Source: Antedon mediterranea
Lineage: Eukaryota; Animalia; Echinodermata
Direction of reading: 5' to 3'
Length of the DNA stretch: 64,000 nt
NCBI RefSeq assembly: GCF_964355755.1
Contig: NC_092671.1
Span: forward strand, 36,714,304 to 36,778,303
The stretch's first letter is position 1. Each line of letters opens with the position of its first letter. The position numbers and the translations under genes are program-made. Shown here piece after piece: positions 12,812-25,362 of this stretch. Under the pieces are notes generated by a model. That model saw nothing but the letters and a program-made list of their open reading frames with translations. It had not been told where the DNA came from and made no database searches.

Positions 12812-12951
12812 AGAGTTTATAGCGTTTTAATAATCACATTAGACTAATCATCGAATCATCTGTCATAATTCTTAATTAATCAGCCAAACGAAATGTGTCT
12901 GAAATAAACAAACACTTGCAAGAGATAAATTAATAGACATAATATACTTAC

Positions 12952-13051
12952 AGCTGAATGGTTGTTGAGGTTGTGCTATTTCTGATGGTGGGAGAGGAGC
13001 GCCAGACATTGCATTGCGATGATTGTCGGGTACAGATGAAGGAGGTCCACC
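12952..13051 (-). CDS. TCF12: E-protein exon: GGPPSSVPDNHRNAMSGAPLPPSEIAQPQQPFS
   Basis: Acceptor CAG 13054-13052, donor GTAAGT, 100 nt, phases 0 to 1. Confidence 0.88.
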
Positions 13052-14373
13052 CTGTCAATAAACAAAACAACAAATTAGCATAAAATGTATTATGTTCATT
13101 TCATTGATATGCTTTTTTGTTAGCTCCAATTTTCTATTGGTAAATAAAGAAAGAATTAATGAGAATGTTGTCAGTTTTAAAAACTAACTAATCAAAGCAA
13201 CAATTATTAATGACACATTTCATAAGAAATATGTAAATTTGAGAAAAAAAATTTATAAAAGTGACTGATTATGTGACAACCTGAAATGTGCATTGACTTG
13301 TCACATGTCAGCGATAAATATCAGTCCAAATCAAAAATGAAATATCACATTGAATGGTCAATAAGAGTTTTAATTTCCATCAGATAAAATTTGAAATCTC
13401 GGAAGAATTTAAGTATGAAACCTAATAACTTTTAAAACTTCATTATTTTATGATAACATAATTATTCTACATTATATAAAATGACTGACATAACTATATT
13501 TCTAATTGGTGCATTTTTTAACTTGCATAATTAAAGGAGATTGTCATAGACTTGGACATGGCAGATGATAAAGACAAGACAAGGTAGGTAGATAATAAAG
13601 AAATAAAGCAGAACAACGTTAAATAGAAAGCTAAGGAATAACAGAAAGATTTGTAAAGTAATTCTTACAACAAAATTATACATCTTATGAGGAAGATTTG
13701 CACTCTGTTCACTTCGCCAAGTCCTACCCTCCACATTCAAAACAATCAATAAATTACCTTTTAACATTTTACATATTTTAGTGTAGACTGTAAGAAGATG
13801 CTGGTAACAAATTGGGCAGAGCTATGACTGCAGGAATGCTAAATGTTTAGCAATTTTTTACAAAACTTTAAACAAGTACACTTGATAAAATAACCAAAAG
13901 ACAATTTAAGTGCATTACTGGGAATCATCCGAGTAATAAAGCATCGTTGAACTTTGGAAAAAAAGGTATGCAAGCAAATTTATTTATAGCTTGAACTTAA
14001 ACAGGCTTTATACAATTTTGTTAAAAGTATTTTTTTAATTTGGCTGTAGCAACAACAATAAGATTCACATTCTAAAAATATAGTTCCTAAATTTTTGACA
14101 AAATGACTCTTATATACAAATAGTGTAGTGATTGTTTGGCATCCTTACAAGCACGTAGAGCATAGGGGAAGCTAACAAGAAGAAACTTATTTAAAACAAT
14201 CAATTTGTAGATATTACAGACAAATATACAGCTTGACAGGATGAAATCACTAATACATGCAGCTGAAGAGATTTCAAAATCTTCTGCTAACAGCTCGCAA
14301 AAACAGCTGAAAAGAACATCTGAAATCCAGACAAGTATTTAAAATTAGAATGATAGAATAGCAGGTGGATTAC

Positions 14374-14460
14374 CATCATCTCAGGATAGAAGCTGTAATA
14401 GTGCGTCTCTGCAGGTGTCATGCCGTATGGGCTTGCGTACAAATGGTTTGGGTTCCACAT
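14374..14460 (-). CDS. TCF12: Predicted alternative first coding exon: MWNPNHLYASPYGMTPAETHYYSFYPEMM
   Basis: ATG at 14460 (A at -3), 29 codons, ATG|GTAATC phase-0 donor matching the next exon (13051); ATG-free ~200-nt leader after TATA/Inr. Confidence 0.65.
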
Positions 14461-14639
14461 ACTGTCTGCTTGATACTCGGATATCGTATATCAAAATGCT
14501 GCTACCCGGCGGTTCTTCGTGGCTACCCTCGTCGCTCACTCTTTACTTCGACTTCCACGAGAACTAGCAATCGTAGACAGGACCACAAAACAGTAAAAAT
14601 CGTACTAAATCCTTTGCAAACTAGCAGCGTGTAATATCT

Positions 14640-14880
14640 CCCAAGGCGGAAGTCGAATTGGAGAGAGCATGCTAGAGAATCGCTCTTATACTGGCGTGGA
14701 AGAACGTGATGTCACGTCGAGCGTATGGTGTATATTCAAATAATTCACATTAGACAGCTGGGTACGTGTTGAAAGCAGTGTTCAAGAGACGAACAAGAAA
14801 AGTTGACAGCGACGTAAAAGGCAAATTTGACAGCATGTGCTTGGTATCTATCCGCAGACTGTTAGCCGAGTTTGACAAAC
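14640..14880 (-). promoter_or_regulatory. Predicted internal promoter
   Basis: TATAAGA 14690-14684; Inr-like CCAATTC with A at 14659 (31 nt spacing); CpG-rich; CRE-like TGACATCA, ETS GCGGAAGT, CAGCTG 14755-14760, TTGACAG motifs. Confidence 0.6.
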
Positions 14881-16321
14881 CCCAGTCGTCCTTTTTTTTT
14901 GCCTACATTCAAGTGTGAAACCGTTTTCCTACTACTCTACTGTTGAAGTATTGCTATTTCCCTGGCGGATCTTACCAGAAATGAAGGCTCGAAAACAAAC
15001 CCAACGATTTAGTAGTAATTTCCTGCCTTTGCTGGCCTTCAACCACGATCTTAGATATATTCACCTACAACTTTCTTTAAAGGAAGTACTCTGCTAGTAA
15101 TCATATGAATCTAACCTAGCGACCACATAGCCAGCATTCATTAATGAACTCTAATATCGGCTAATTCAAATCTAAAAAACATTATCGTTCTATTTTCTAT
15201 TTTACATTCAACCAAAATAGTAAACTTTCTTTTGTTCTGAGAAAAGACATAATCTTAGCAAATTCGTATTAAATTAAATTTAAAAGACGCTAAATATTGT
15301 TTCTATATTGTTTTTGTTATTTTTGTTAATATCCAACAATTTAATCTTTGTTTTACATAATTATATTGATGGCCTTGTGTGGCCAAGATGTATGTACCAA
15401 TTTCAAACTAACCAATCAGAACGGTTCTAACACTTTAATATCAATGGCATCCTCAATGCTATTGAATCAAGTACAAACCAAATTTATTTCCGATTGCTGT
15501 TCTTCTAACTGCAACCACATGGTCTAGTACCTGACGTAACTATGGTTAAAGGTCTATTAATTGGGATTCGGTAATTAATGACAGAATACACTGAGCTGGC
15601 TTAAGAAGCCGACTTTACAAATTAGCCCTGATAAATCCGCAAGGATCAGTCAATTCAATATGATGTCAAGGGTTATTGTAAACACATGGATATGTTTGGA
15701 AATTGCTCAATAAAATAACTATATTGTACTACCACCTTGTATACTGTATAATGTATTGTAAATAGATAGATAATACCATGTAATCTGACAATATAATGTA
15801 AATGTTGTCACCGATAATAACGTAATATAGATAACATTTTTTCATAAAGTTATTGTGATTTTTAGGATTAACTATTGACTGCAGGAGGTGAATCTATCCA
15901 TAGTATACTAACACCATCAATTGAAAAAATACTTGCAGGCAGCAGGGGGTAATTCAGTAAAGTGAATGATGGAAGGGCAAAATAACAGCAGGGGTAATTC
16001 TGTCTAGCAAATGATAGAATAGCAAAGCAGCATGAAGGTACTGGGTGTTTGATACGATCATGCCCACAGCAGTCGTCGGATCACAAAAACTGATTCATAC
16101 GTTTAAGTTCATTCGCCTATGGTTTCGTCGTCGTACTAAAAATATTTTGATATATAATTTTTAATATTACAAAAATGGTTTAATGTAACAACCAAAACAA
16201 TTTAAGGAATATTTAAATCGATTTTAGTTGATACAATCTGTTATAAAAGGTTCATGATATTTAGAGAGACTCAGCACAATCTGTGAAAGCACACAAAGTG
16301 ACATCCACCAGGTTGACTTAC

Positions 16322-16525
16322 CATGTGAGGATGGTCAACACCATATTGTGCCGGATGACCGTAAGGATGGGAAATGCCGGGTGGCAGACCAGAACTGGAA
16401 TGTGGGGGTAATCCGTTCATCATTTCCGGTGGCATGCCGGGTGCCATTGGATTCATCCCTTGTCCTTGTGTTGCGTGTCTTTGTAAAACATGAATAGCAT
16501 CATTTAAGCATTCTTCCATTCGACT
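16322..16525 (-). CDS. TCF12: E-protein exon with AD2 helix: SRMEECLNDAIHVLQRHA...HPYGHPAQYGVDHPHM
   Basis: Acceptor CAG 16528-16526, donor GTAAGT, 204 nt, phase 0-0; matches recalled [21 protein letters not shown]. Confidence 0.96.
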
Positions 16526-16955
16526 CTGAAAAATATAATTTGATAATTAAATTTAACTAAATTCTAATTATGCTTTTAAGTGTGTTTTATAAATCATTAT
16601 TTTGTATGTTTGTTAAACCACATTTTACAATTTAGGTTTTGTGAAATAATGTGTTTGTACTATTATATATAAATTTTTGTTATTGCTATTTACCAATCTT
16701 CTAGAAAATTTTATCTGTTGTTATTTTATGATGATGATGATGGTGATAATTGAGAAATAAAGTATTTCAGAATTGAGTATTATCAAAACATTAGCAATCT
16801 GTATCTTCATGTCCATGTGTTTAATTTAAATCAACAACATTGTTTTAAATAATTTCATCATTTTGACAGTTAATTATCACAATCATTAAATGTTTTTTTT
16901 GTTAAAATTTGATTGTGGTAATTTTGATCAATTTCCAATGCCTTCAGGCTGTATA

Positions 16956-17340
16956 CAGATGGCATGTAACAACCAGCTATGGTGTCAAAGCAATTGACAA
17001 ACACACACTTAAAACAGAATGCACCCCTTACACCAGTTCACACCTGTTAATTCCCCCCTCATACCATTTGATAGCGCCTGTCACATTGCCCCTTCACGCC
17101 GTTGGTTAACGCCACCTGTTAATCCACCACACTACTATCTGTTAATGTTCGGTGACGAATTGTAAATGCGTGAACTGTCGGCACGTGTTGTTCAACACTT
17201 ACGCACTTGTGAATTTTCACATGTAAAAATTGACAGTGTGTATAATCTATTTATACTAACTACAGCGGCCTTATAACCTGTTAGAGGACAGGCCGCAGTA
17301 CATCATAGCTTACTTATACCAAACCTGCTGACCTGTTAAC
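16956..17340. promoter_or_regulatory. Candidate intronic enhancer with E-boxes and repeated CTGTTA
   Basis: CAGATG 16956, CACCTGTTAA 17041 and 17113, CACGTG 17182, further CTGTTA near 17139, 17278, 17333. Confidence 0.4.
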
Positions 17341-20300
17341 CCAATAAAAATAATCTCTGAATCATGTTTCTAATAATTCCAGAGCAAAGTATTCCAGTCA
17401 TTTCAATTTGTTTTATTTATTGACGATAAAACGTCAGAAGAAATGAGTTTGCGACAAAAAGAAAGCCATAAAAAAGCGTAACATTAATAAACATAATAAT
17501 ACGAATATAACATTAAGCGTCATAAACAAAAGGATTATCTTTTACTGTTATGAGTTGAATTGTTTATAAAAACCAAATAAAGAATCCAAATAGAAAGGAA
17601 CATTGTTTAAACATCTTTTATAATGCTTTGTGACTTGCCGAAATTTATAGGCCATTTTCAAACAAAGTAAAATATAATTTTATAGGCCTAATATTGCTTT
17701 TTAATATTGAATATTTGTAAATATTTTAAATATTATACTGTACAACCAGAGTTAATATATTAATAAATGTATTGTACATTTATCTGTAAAATTTGTTTTT
17801 CAACAATTTATAAGAAATACTACTAGTTACCCTAATCAGATTATACACTGATGTAGAAGTACCAAACGAATATACTTCATTGGAAGCCATGGATAGCTAG
17901 CCCTTGGCTGTTTGCATCTTATAAAGGATCCAAAGCTTGTTTTTATTACTAGCGTAGGGCCTAGTAGAGTCCATTCTAATAACTAGCAGCCCAGCATGAA
18001 GTAGGCTGGCCAAACCTAGCAAACACGGCCATCCTTCCCTTTGGGTTTTAGCCCAGACAGGTGTCAAAATAGCCAGCAGCCTGGGAAATGAGTATAGGGT
18101 ATAGAATAGCCAATATTTATCTGCTAGAAATACTCTCATGTGACTTCCAGTAGTAAATAGAGCAGAGAGTGAAAGTACTATTATTTCTATGTGTTTGTAA
18201 CATTCTACAATTCTACCTTAAAATCCTTTTACTCACAATTTGTTTTAAAAAGTATTGTTGTTTAGACTATTTTATTATAGATGATTATGATACTATCTAA
18301 AAACTGGCAAAGCTACAGTTCAACAATTAGATGAATTATGGGTAAATTTGGAATTTATAAATCACGTCAATATGGTCTTATGGAACAGCATCTGCATAAT
18401 TAGCAGAAAAAGTTACGACTTCATTGACAAATTTCCTAAACATTTACTGTAAGTATTTAAATATTATAAAATGGTTATTAAAATTGAGGGTTTAATATGA
18501 AGAGGTATTATATTTTCAGATTTATGCCCTAAATAATAATTTATTAAGATCGTCGGTTTCCTTTTTGCTAATTGAAAATGAAATATAAAGTTTACGATCC
18601 TTGAAATGAAGGTAGAATTCAATGGCAGAGGAAACACTAAATTAACACTAAATCATAAAATATGTGATGTTGATAAATTTCAAGCTAAACTTTATTTCAA
18701 GTTCAATATTTAATTGATATCATTTAGTATTCCGTCTTAAATAGTTTTGATTTCAACATAAAGTTGAAGGATCGATCAATAAATTTCCATTTTTTTTTAA
18801 GTTTCTTTTTAATTTTAATTCCATAAACTCTTTCAAGACCCAGTTAAAGTCTTTCCTTTTCAAACAAGTTTTTCATTAATTTAAATTATTGCCACATCTC
18901 GCCTATTTTAATTTATGTACAGCGCATTGAGAGCTTGCTTATATGCACTATATAAGAATGGACTATTATTATAAAATGACTTTTGAAGCAAGTAGCATTC
19001 TTCTTTGTATTATTAAACACTGAAATAAAATTATCTAAACTGTTTGAACTTTGATTTTTTCAAGAGATCTTGAAAATGTGCCAACAAAAAGCTATGACAA
19101 ATTGTCTTAAAATGTTGGCCACTTCTTCTTCAAAAGCCACATGCTAATATTCATTATCCTTTGTTTACTCTTCTTCGATAGTCATGAAAGGTAGAAAATT
19201 GAGTGAAGACAAATAAATTAATGTGGACAGTTGGACTGGGGTACTTGATTCGTCCGTACCTGGTCTTTTTCACGCATCCTGTCACAGACTCATGTGATTA
19301 ATATCTCGTATATAGTTCTTGACAAGTTTTCACTCGATGGGGTCAGTTTTAGGGGACGGTAAACTTTCCAACCCCTCGGGACAATAACCACTATCACCTT
19401 TTTAAATCCCTTGGGACGAAAAGCACTCTCAAAATTCTCACCCTTTGTTCTCTAGGGACATCCCATTTTACTCTTTATTTCTGTGCTTAGATGTTCTTCT
19501 TTGCAATTAATTTCAAGTTTTAATATCTTATCTGTGCTATTATAGCCTTCAAATTTAATACCATATCATAGTAAGTTGTTAAAATCACAGTTTTCCACCA
19601 ATGTATAACATCCTTGCTAATAGCAGAAAAATTATAAATATTTTGACAATGATACAATCATATAAAGACCAGACTTATCATCAATATTTAGGATTCAAGC
19701 GATCATTTAACCAATTAACAAATGTGTATACTTAATTAGAACAATCTTTGCGAACTGGCAGTCTAAGAACATTAACTGTACCCCATACCAGGAGACTAAT
19801 AACAAACTCTTGCATTTAAGCATGTACCATATGTAACAAATTAAACTTATACAAAAGTATTGTTCATTGTGTGGAGAAAGACAAATAATAGCGGTTAATT
19901 AAAACAAGTTTGTTGGTGTTTTAAAAGTTAAAGATAGCTCACAATTCAAGGTTCTGACTGTGGAACCAACCGACAAGGTCTTGAACTATGGCGGTATTCT
20001 TTTAAAAATTTGTTGACATTTTTCTTCAATTCAAGAAGATAAGGTAATTTGGTAAATTAATCAGTTCATAATTTATAAGCTTTTAAATAGCACCCTCTAA
20101 GTTTGGATGTATTTTGTAAAAATGTTAGCACCCTCTATGGTTTAGCGATGCTTTATAAATGTACCGATATTCCATTTTTTTAACTTGGGACCTCTTTAGA
20201 TTGTAATAATATTTGTTATTAAACTTATACAGTTGTTTGATCTGTTTTGGAAATTTCTAAAAGATTTTTTACAAAATTATTTTATTTTCATAATTTTGAA

Positions 20301-22097
20301 AAGTAGTAAACTTAAAGTTCAATTTTTGGTGTCAGGAAGTTTTTAATAAGCAAATTGTTAGATTTATTATCAAACAAGTGTTGTTCTTCCTTAAAAGGTA
20401 ACCTCCTGAGTGTAGGCCTAGAACAACCAGATATACAGCACCCGGGGGATACTGTACAAGCATGCAAAGAACACATAAGCTCTGCTTGGCTTAAAATATT
20501 CCACAACACCCTGGAAACAGGCATTCAGAAGGGAGCAAGATTTCAAGAGCAAAGTACACAAGACCTCATCTTTGACATGTTGATGGAAATGAAGAATTGA
20601 AAAACAGCTGCCACTTGAGAAATTGTCATGTGTCAAAGGTCATTGTAAGCCAAAAATGTGTTGTGTACTCAATGAACAGTTTAGTTAAATCTACCTACGC
20701 AAATGAACGTGCTTATAAATCTTAATTAGATATTAATTAGTTGATACCAACGCAGGTTAAAGTATGACTACTGTTATTAACTTTCGGTTGTCGTACATCT
20801 TCTATTATCCATTGAAATAAAGTACTTCTTAGTTTTATCTTTTAAATATTTTTAAATTTATTTACTATGGTATAAAACATAAACTAAATTGTATACTAAA
20901 ATATGCCTATTTCTGATGATAATAAATAGATAAATCAAGATTTAAACATGGAAATATAAAGACCCCACTTTTTTGTTTAGTTTGTTTTATATTGTCAGTG
21001 ATCACAAACTTATTAGTGGAATCTCTGGTTTATACTACTGTATAATTTGTTGTGGCATTATATTTATTTAATTGTTTCAACATTATTTTTATTTTTTATT
21101 TCAGCAATATTTTACGAGGGTGGTCCACCCAGCCAAAGCTGATCATTAGGGGACCCTCACACTTTCCCAATAATTAAAAAGAAATCTTTTTCCATTTTAC
21201 ACTTTTCTTAATTTGAACTCTTATAATAGCCATAATCACTTTGTAACAGGTATTGTTTTTGTTTTTTGCTACTTGTCACATTAATTTAAAATTCTGAAAA
21301 GACAGGAACTAGTACACATTAGTTTTCTGAACTATATTTACCATTAAAACTGTTAAATATCAAACTGAAACCAACTGAGAACAAATGCCAAATAACAGGA
21401 ACAATAAATAAAGTACAAATAATTAGCAAGCAAAATGAAAATTATTTTTCACAATTTCAAGTATGACTTTTATGTTCCTCATCTCCAACTGGAGCCAAGA
21501 CTTCCATAAAGTTTTTGTATGAATAAATGCAGCATTGGCATGACCCATAGATATGATATATTACATATGTGAGCTTCCCTGACAGGTATTGGGCCGGTGG
21601 CGTCTACTAAGTTAGACTTGTGCTTTTAACAATTCTTTTAATGTAGAATAGTTTATAGTACATTACGGTAAATTGGTTGAAATAACGTAGAATAAACATT
21701 GTTTACAAAATTTTTTTTTACCAAAATGACACACATATTTATTAATTGTATTTAAATATTACTTTCATTTCATTTTCATTTCATTTCATTATTTATTCGG
21801 TCTATTTAAGTATATACAAAACAAAAAAAAACTGAAATAGGGGAGACCAGGGTCAACCTAAGTGAACTTAATCACTGTAGCTGAGCCGGTTGACCCAACC
21901 CCAAAGTCAGTTTACACATAAGACATAAAGACAAAATACAGTTACAGCAAATCAAAATGAATATGAACTTTTCTAATGAAAGCTGATGGGCTTTCTAGGA
22001 CTGCAGCATCTGTACACTAGGTGTATTTATATACAATCATTGGTAACTATTTCTATTATTGTTATTAAATAAATTCAGCTGGTTCCTAATAATTATA

Positions 22098-22198
22098 ATT
22101 AACAGGAAAATTATTACTTTTTTGTTGAACCAAACTTTATACCAATTGTGTATGTATTTTTTGGTTCGACAAAAAAGTAATAATTTTCCACAGTTAAC
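22098..22198. mobile_element. ~100-bp palindromic MITE-like repeat; second copy near 44869-44969
   Basis: GGAAAATTATTACTTTTTTGTTGAACCAAA...TTTGGTTCGACAAAAAAGTAATAATTTTCC fold-back, recurring elsewhere in the window. Confidence 0.6.
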
Positions 22199-22617
22199 TA
22201 GTATTATTTAGTTTTATCTTTCAGAAAAATGTACAAATAGTGCATGTTATTAAAAAAAAACAACTAAAGTAATGTTTTGCGTGTAGAACACAGAATGAGT
22301 AATGTAAAAATAAAATGTTGATGTCACTCCCCAATGAATAAAATTTAAGTAAAAATAAACTTTTAATGATCAATGATTTGACAGGTACTCAAGTTGAATC
22401 AATCTACAACTAATAGTATAAAATCCTTAATTGCTCTTTTTCCTGTATTTGGCAAGATATTGACAAGATCATCTCAAAGTTTTCAAGGATTTTATCTATA
22501 CCATCAATTAAATATGATTTTGCAAAATATCATGCAAGTAGCATGACATAATGTTGTTGTATTCGTTTCAAATTTAATCTATTAGATGATTCTAAAACTA
22601 ATTTTAGTAACATTTTA

Positions 22618-22770
22618 AGCTCTACACTATCAAACTAGTTTGACAAAAAAAATGTGATGTGCCCAAATATGGACATGATGATGTCATCACTACCATATTT
22701 AGGCATATCACTACCATATTTGGGCACATCACATTTTTTGTCAAACTAGTTTGATAGTGTAGACACAGCT
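22618..22770. mobile_element. MITE family A, copy 5
   Basis: TIRs with TTA on both flanks. Confidence 0.85.
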
Positions 22771-22835
22771 TTAAAGTAAATTTGACAGTGAATAAAAGTT
22801 TTATTATTAAGCAGTAATAATGGAACTTGTCTTAC

Positions 22836-22954
22836 CAATGAATGGAGGTTTTCTCCACTAGGGTTTGCAGATCCTGGTACTGAGCCAGGCCCAGCACCGC
22901 CATTGTAGCCTGGGCCAGCAGGTGACGGCTGGCTACCACTCCTAGGCCAAGGAC
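22836..22954 (-). CDS. TCF12: E-protein exon: GPWPRSGSQPSPAGPGYNGGAGPGSVPGSANPSGENLHSL
   Basis: Acceptor TAG 22957-22955, donor GTAAGA, phases 1 to 0; W.R...LHSL as in vertebrate E-proteins. Confidence 0.93.
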
Positions 22955-23044
22955 CTATGGATGAGATTATAATTATTTTGTTAATATAATGTTAATTAAA
23001 TGCTATTAAAAATATTATATTTAGACAAACATACGTAAAAAAGT

Positions 23045-24230
23045 TAAATCTTTGTTTTTCATGTTTCGATTGAGTTGTTTACCGTTTTATCAATAGTCTG
23101 CAAAACATACAGTAGGTTAAGTCTGCTCGGGAGACTTAACCAAAATACCCAACAATGTTTTACACTAAGTCTACATTTTTCATCACATATTCACATGTTC
23201 CCCTTGTTGCCGTTACTACATTGTACGCAATTAAAGGGACACCGGGGAGTGGGAAAAGCGTTCCTGCGAGGCGAGCATAGTGTCAAAATGATTGTTGATC
23301 GTTCACAATACAAGATCCTCTGGGAAGCGCGTGAATGCTTTCTATTAAGCGTATTCAGCCAAACGTTCACAGTAGTTTTCTTTCATTCTGAGTATAATTG
23401 GAGTTGTCACGCATTAATCTTTCTATCATCACCTCATAGATACATGGATAAAGAAGCTTGTAAGGTTCCATATAGGCTGTGATAGCATTTGCACACGACA
23501 AATCCAAGTTTCTTAACGTGTAAAAGGGAAATCAATAGCGACACTTTTCACTTCTGGCTGAAGAATACAATGCTATTTGCATCAAAGAAATTGAAATATA
23601 TCAAAGATGGGGCCGATTGAAAGTGGCGGACGAAGGAAATGTAAGGTAGTCCACTGGGACTGCTCAACCTCGCTTGCATTATCTACGGAGGGTCACGGAC
23701 AAAATAATCACTTAGACGATATTCGTAATGAAAGTCCAATTGTTGGCCTGCGTAGTCTGTGAGGCTAAGCAAAAGGTGAAATGACTGAATGACAAAGCAT
23801 ATTGGCTGCAAGTAGCGAGCAAATTGGCTTTGGCAGGCCGACAATGCTAGCCTAATTTTGTAAAAAGTTGTTGAGAGAATTAATATAGCTAGAATCGACG
23901 CTGACGGAAGCCTCTTGTCTGAAACGTTGGGCCTAGGAAATTGAGCCCGACTCACTGAGCTACAAGATGGCAGTAGGGAAATTAACACCGACTTAAGGTG
24001 AAAAGGTCGTCCCCATAACGCCTTATAACCAGTTGAGTCAGGGAGACAATAGCCTATATCAATCGCCACCTCGCATATTTTTATCAAACCGTTGTTGGGG
24101 TTACACCTCTACGTTGCATTATCACCTCAACAATTTACCACAATGGGAAAACGCCGGACACACGGGAGCACAAAATAAATGTACACACATTTTAGAAATT
24201 TCAACAGGTAGGGATAAATGGTAACTGCCA
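23045..24230 (-). mobile_element. Decayed non-LTR retrotransposon 3' fragment (L1/Tx1-like, tentative)
   Basis: GC-richer 1.2-kb block with broken frames; remnants KALWGRPFHLKSVL...PNVSDK and a degenerate Cys motif; A-rich end near 23045. Confidence 0.4.
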
Positions 24231-24958
24231 ACAAAAGATAACAAATCACAAACGAATTCATAACTAATATAGGCCAAGTTGAGGTCATAATATTCATAAC
24301 CTCATTTCAAGTTTTTGTAGTTAATTAGTCTGATAAATATTCCCATGTAGATTAGAACCCAAAAAAACTAATTTAATTAATAACTAATGAACCTCCTTTT
24401 ACCAAAATATCTCAACCTCAAGTTTAATCAATAGTTCAGGGTGGCAGACAAGATTGAAAATTAAGTTAAAGTGGACTTAGTAGATGAAATTATATAGAAT
24501 TAAATATGCCATCACAACATGATAAGTCCAGCAAATTAAATTAACACGTTGGTAACTTCAAAGATGCAAACTGATTACCATTGTAATGCTATCAAAACAA
24601 AACCCATGAAAATCTATCCTAGTGGTAAATTGGACAAGACAGCAAAAAACGAACAGGAAAATTAGAATGTGCGATGACAAAGACAACGCTGATGTAGAGG
24701 TTATGTTAGTGCGAAACGACTAGACAAGGTTTCTGGTGTCTAATTGCATCATCATAATGTATAGCTATGAGCCACCAAAACACTAAAATAAACAGTGTCG
24801 ATGAACTTTCACACTTTAGTAGGTATATAACTAGATGCTTCTAGCAACAAAGCAAATTTAATACTGCAGAAAGCCATACCTCACATAATACAATATCAAT
24901 TGGAGAACTAAGGTGAGGATAGTCTTCTTCCACATGTAGTAGGAACTAATGTATACAT

Positions 24959-25362
24959 TGAAAGCTCTGCTAATTTTTCTGGCTGTTTTACTTTATCGTT
25001 TTGATTTAGCTTTTTGCTGTATCTTCATTGAGATCCAGCCACTGATACCCACAGCATTGTCATTTTTCCAGTGCTCATTTTATTTTGTATCTCCATTGAG
25101 ATCCAGTCACTGATGCCCCTAGCATTATCATTTTTTCAGTGCTTATTTTATTTTGTATCTCCATTGAGATCCAGTCACTGATACCCACAGCATTGTCATT
25201 TTTTCAGTGCTCATTTTATTTTGTATCTCCATTGAGATACAGCCACTGATACCCACAGCATTGCAATTTTTTCAGTGCTTATTTTATTTTGTATCTTCAT
25301 TGAGATCCAGCCACTGATGCCCACAGCATTGTCATTATTTCAGTAATTTGTCTTTGGATTTA
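24959..25362 (+). mobile_element. Penelope-like terminal-repeat copy with internal 68-bp unit x5
   Basis: ATTGAGAT(C/A)CAG at 25027, 25095, 25163, 25231, 25299; flanks homologous to 30461-30625 and 61736-61907. Confidence 0.65.

Noticed and set aside
20390-20710. 81-aa ORF and downstream Cys-rich remnant
   Set aside because: Broken frames; at most a decayed transposon fragment, too degenerate to name
3670-25362. CRISPR-like appearance of the 180-bp and 68-bp arrays
   Set aside because: No unique spacers, no cas genes, eukaryotic intron-rich context
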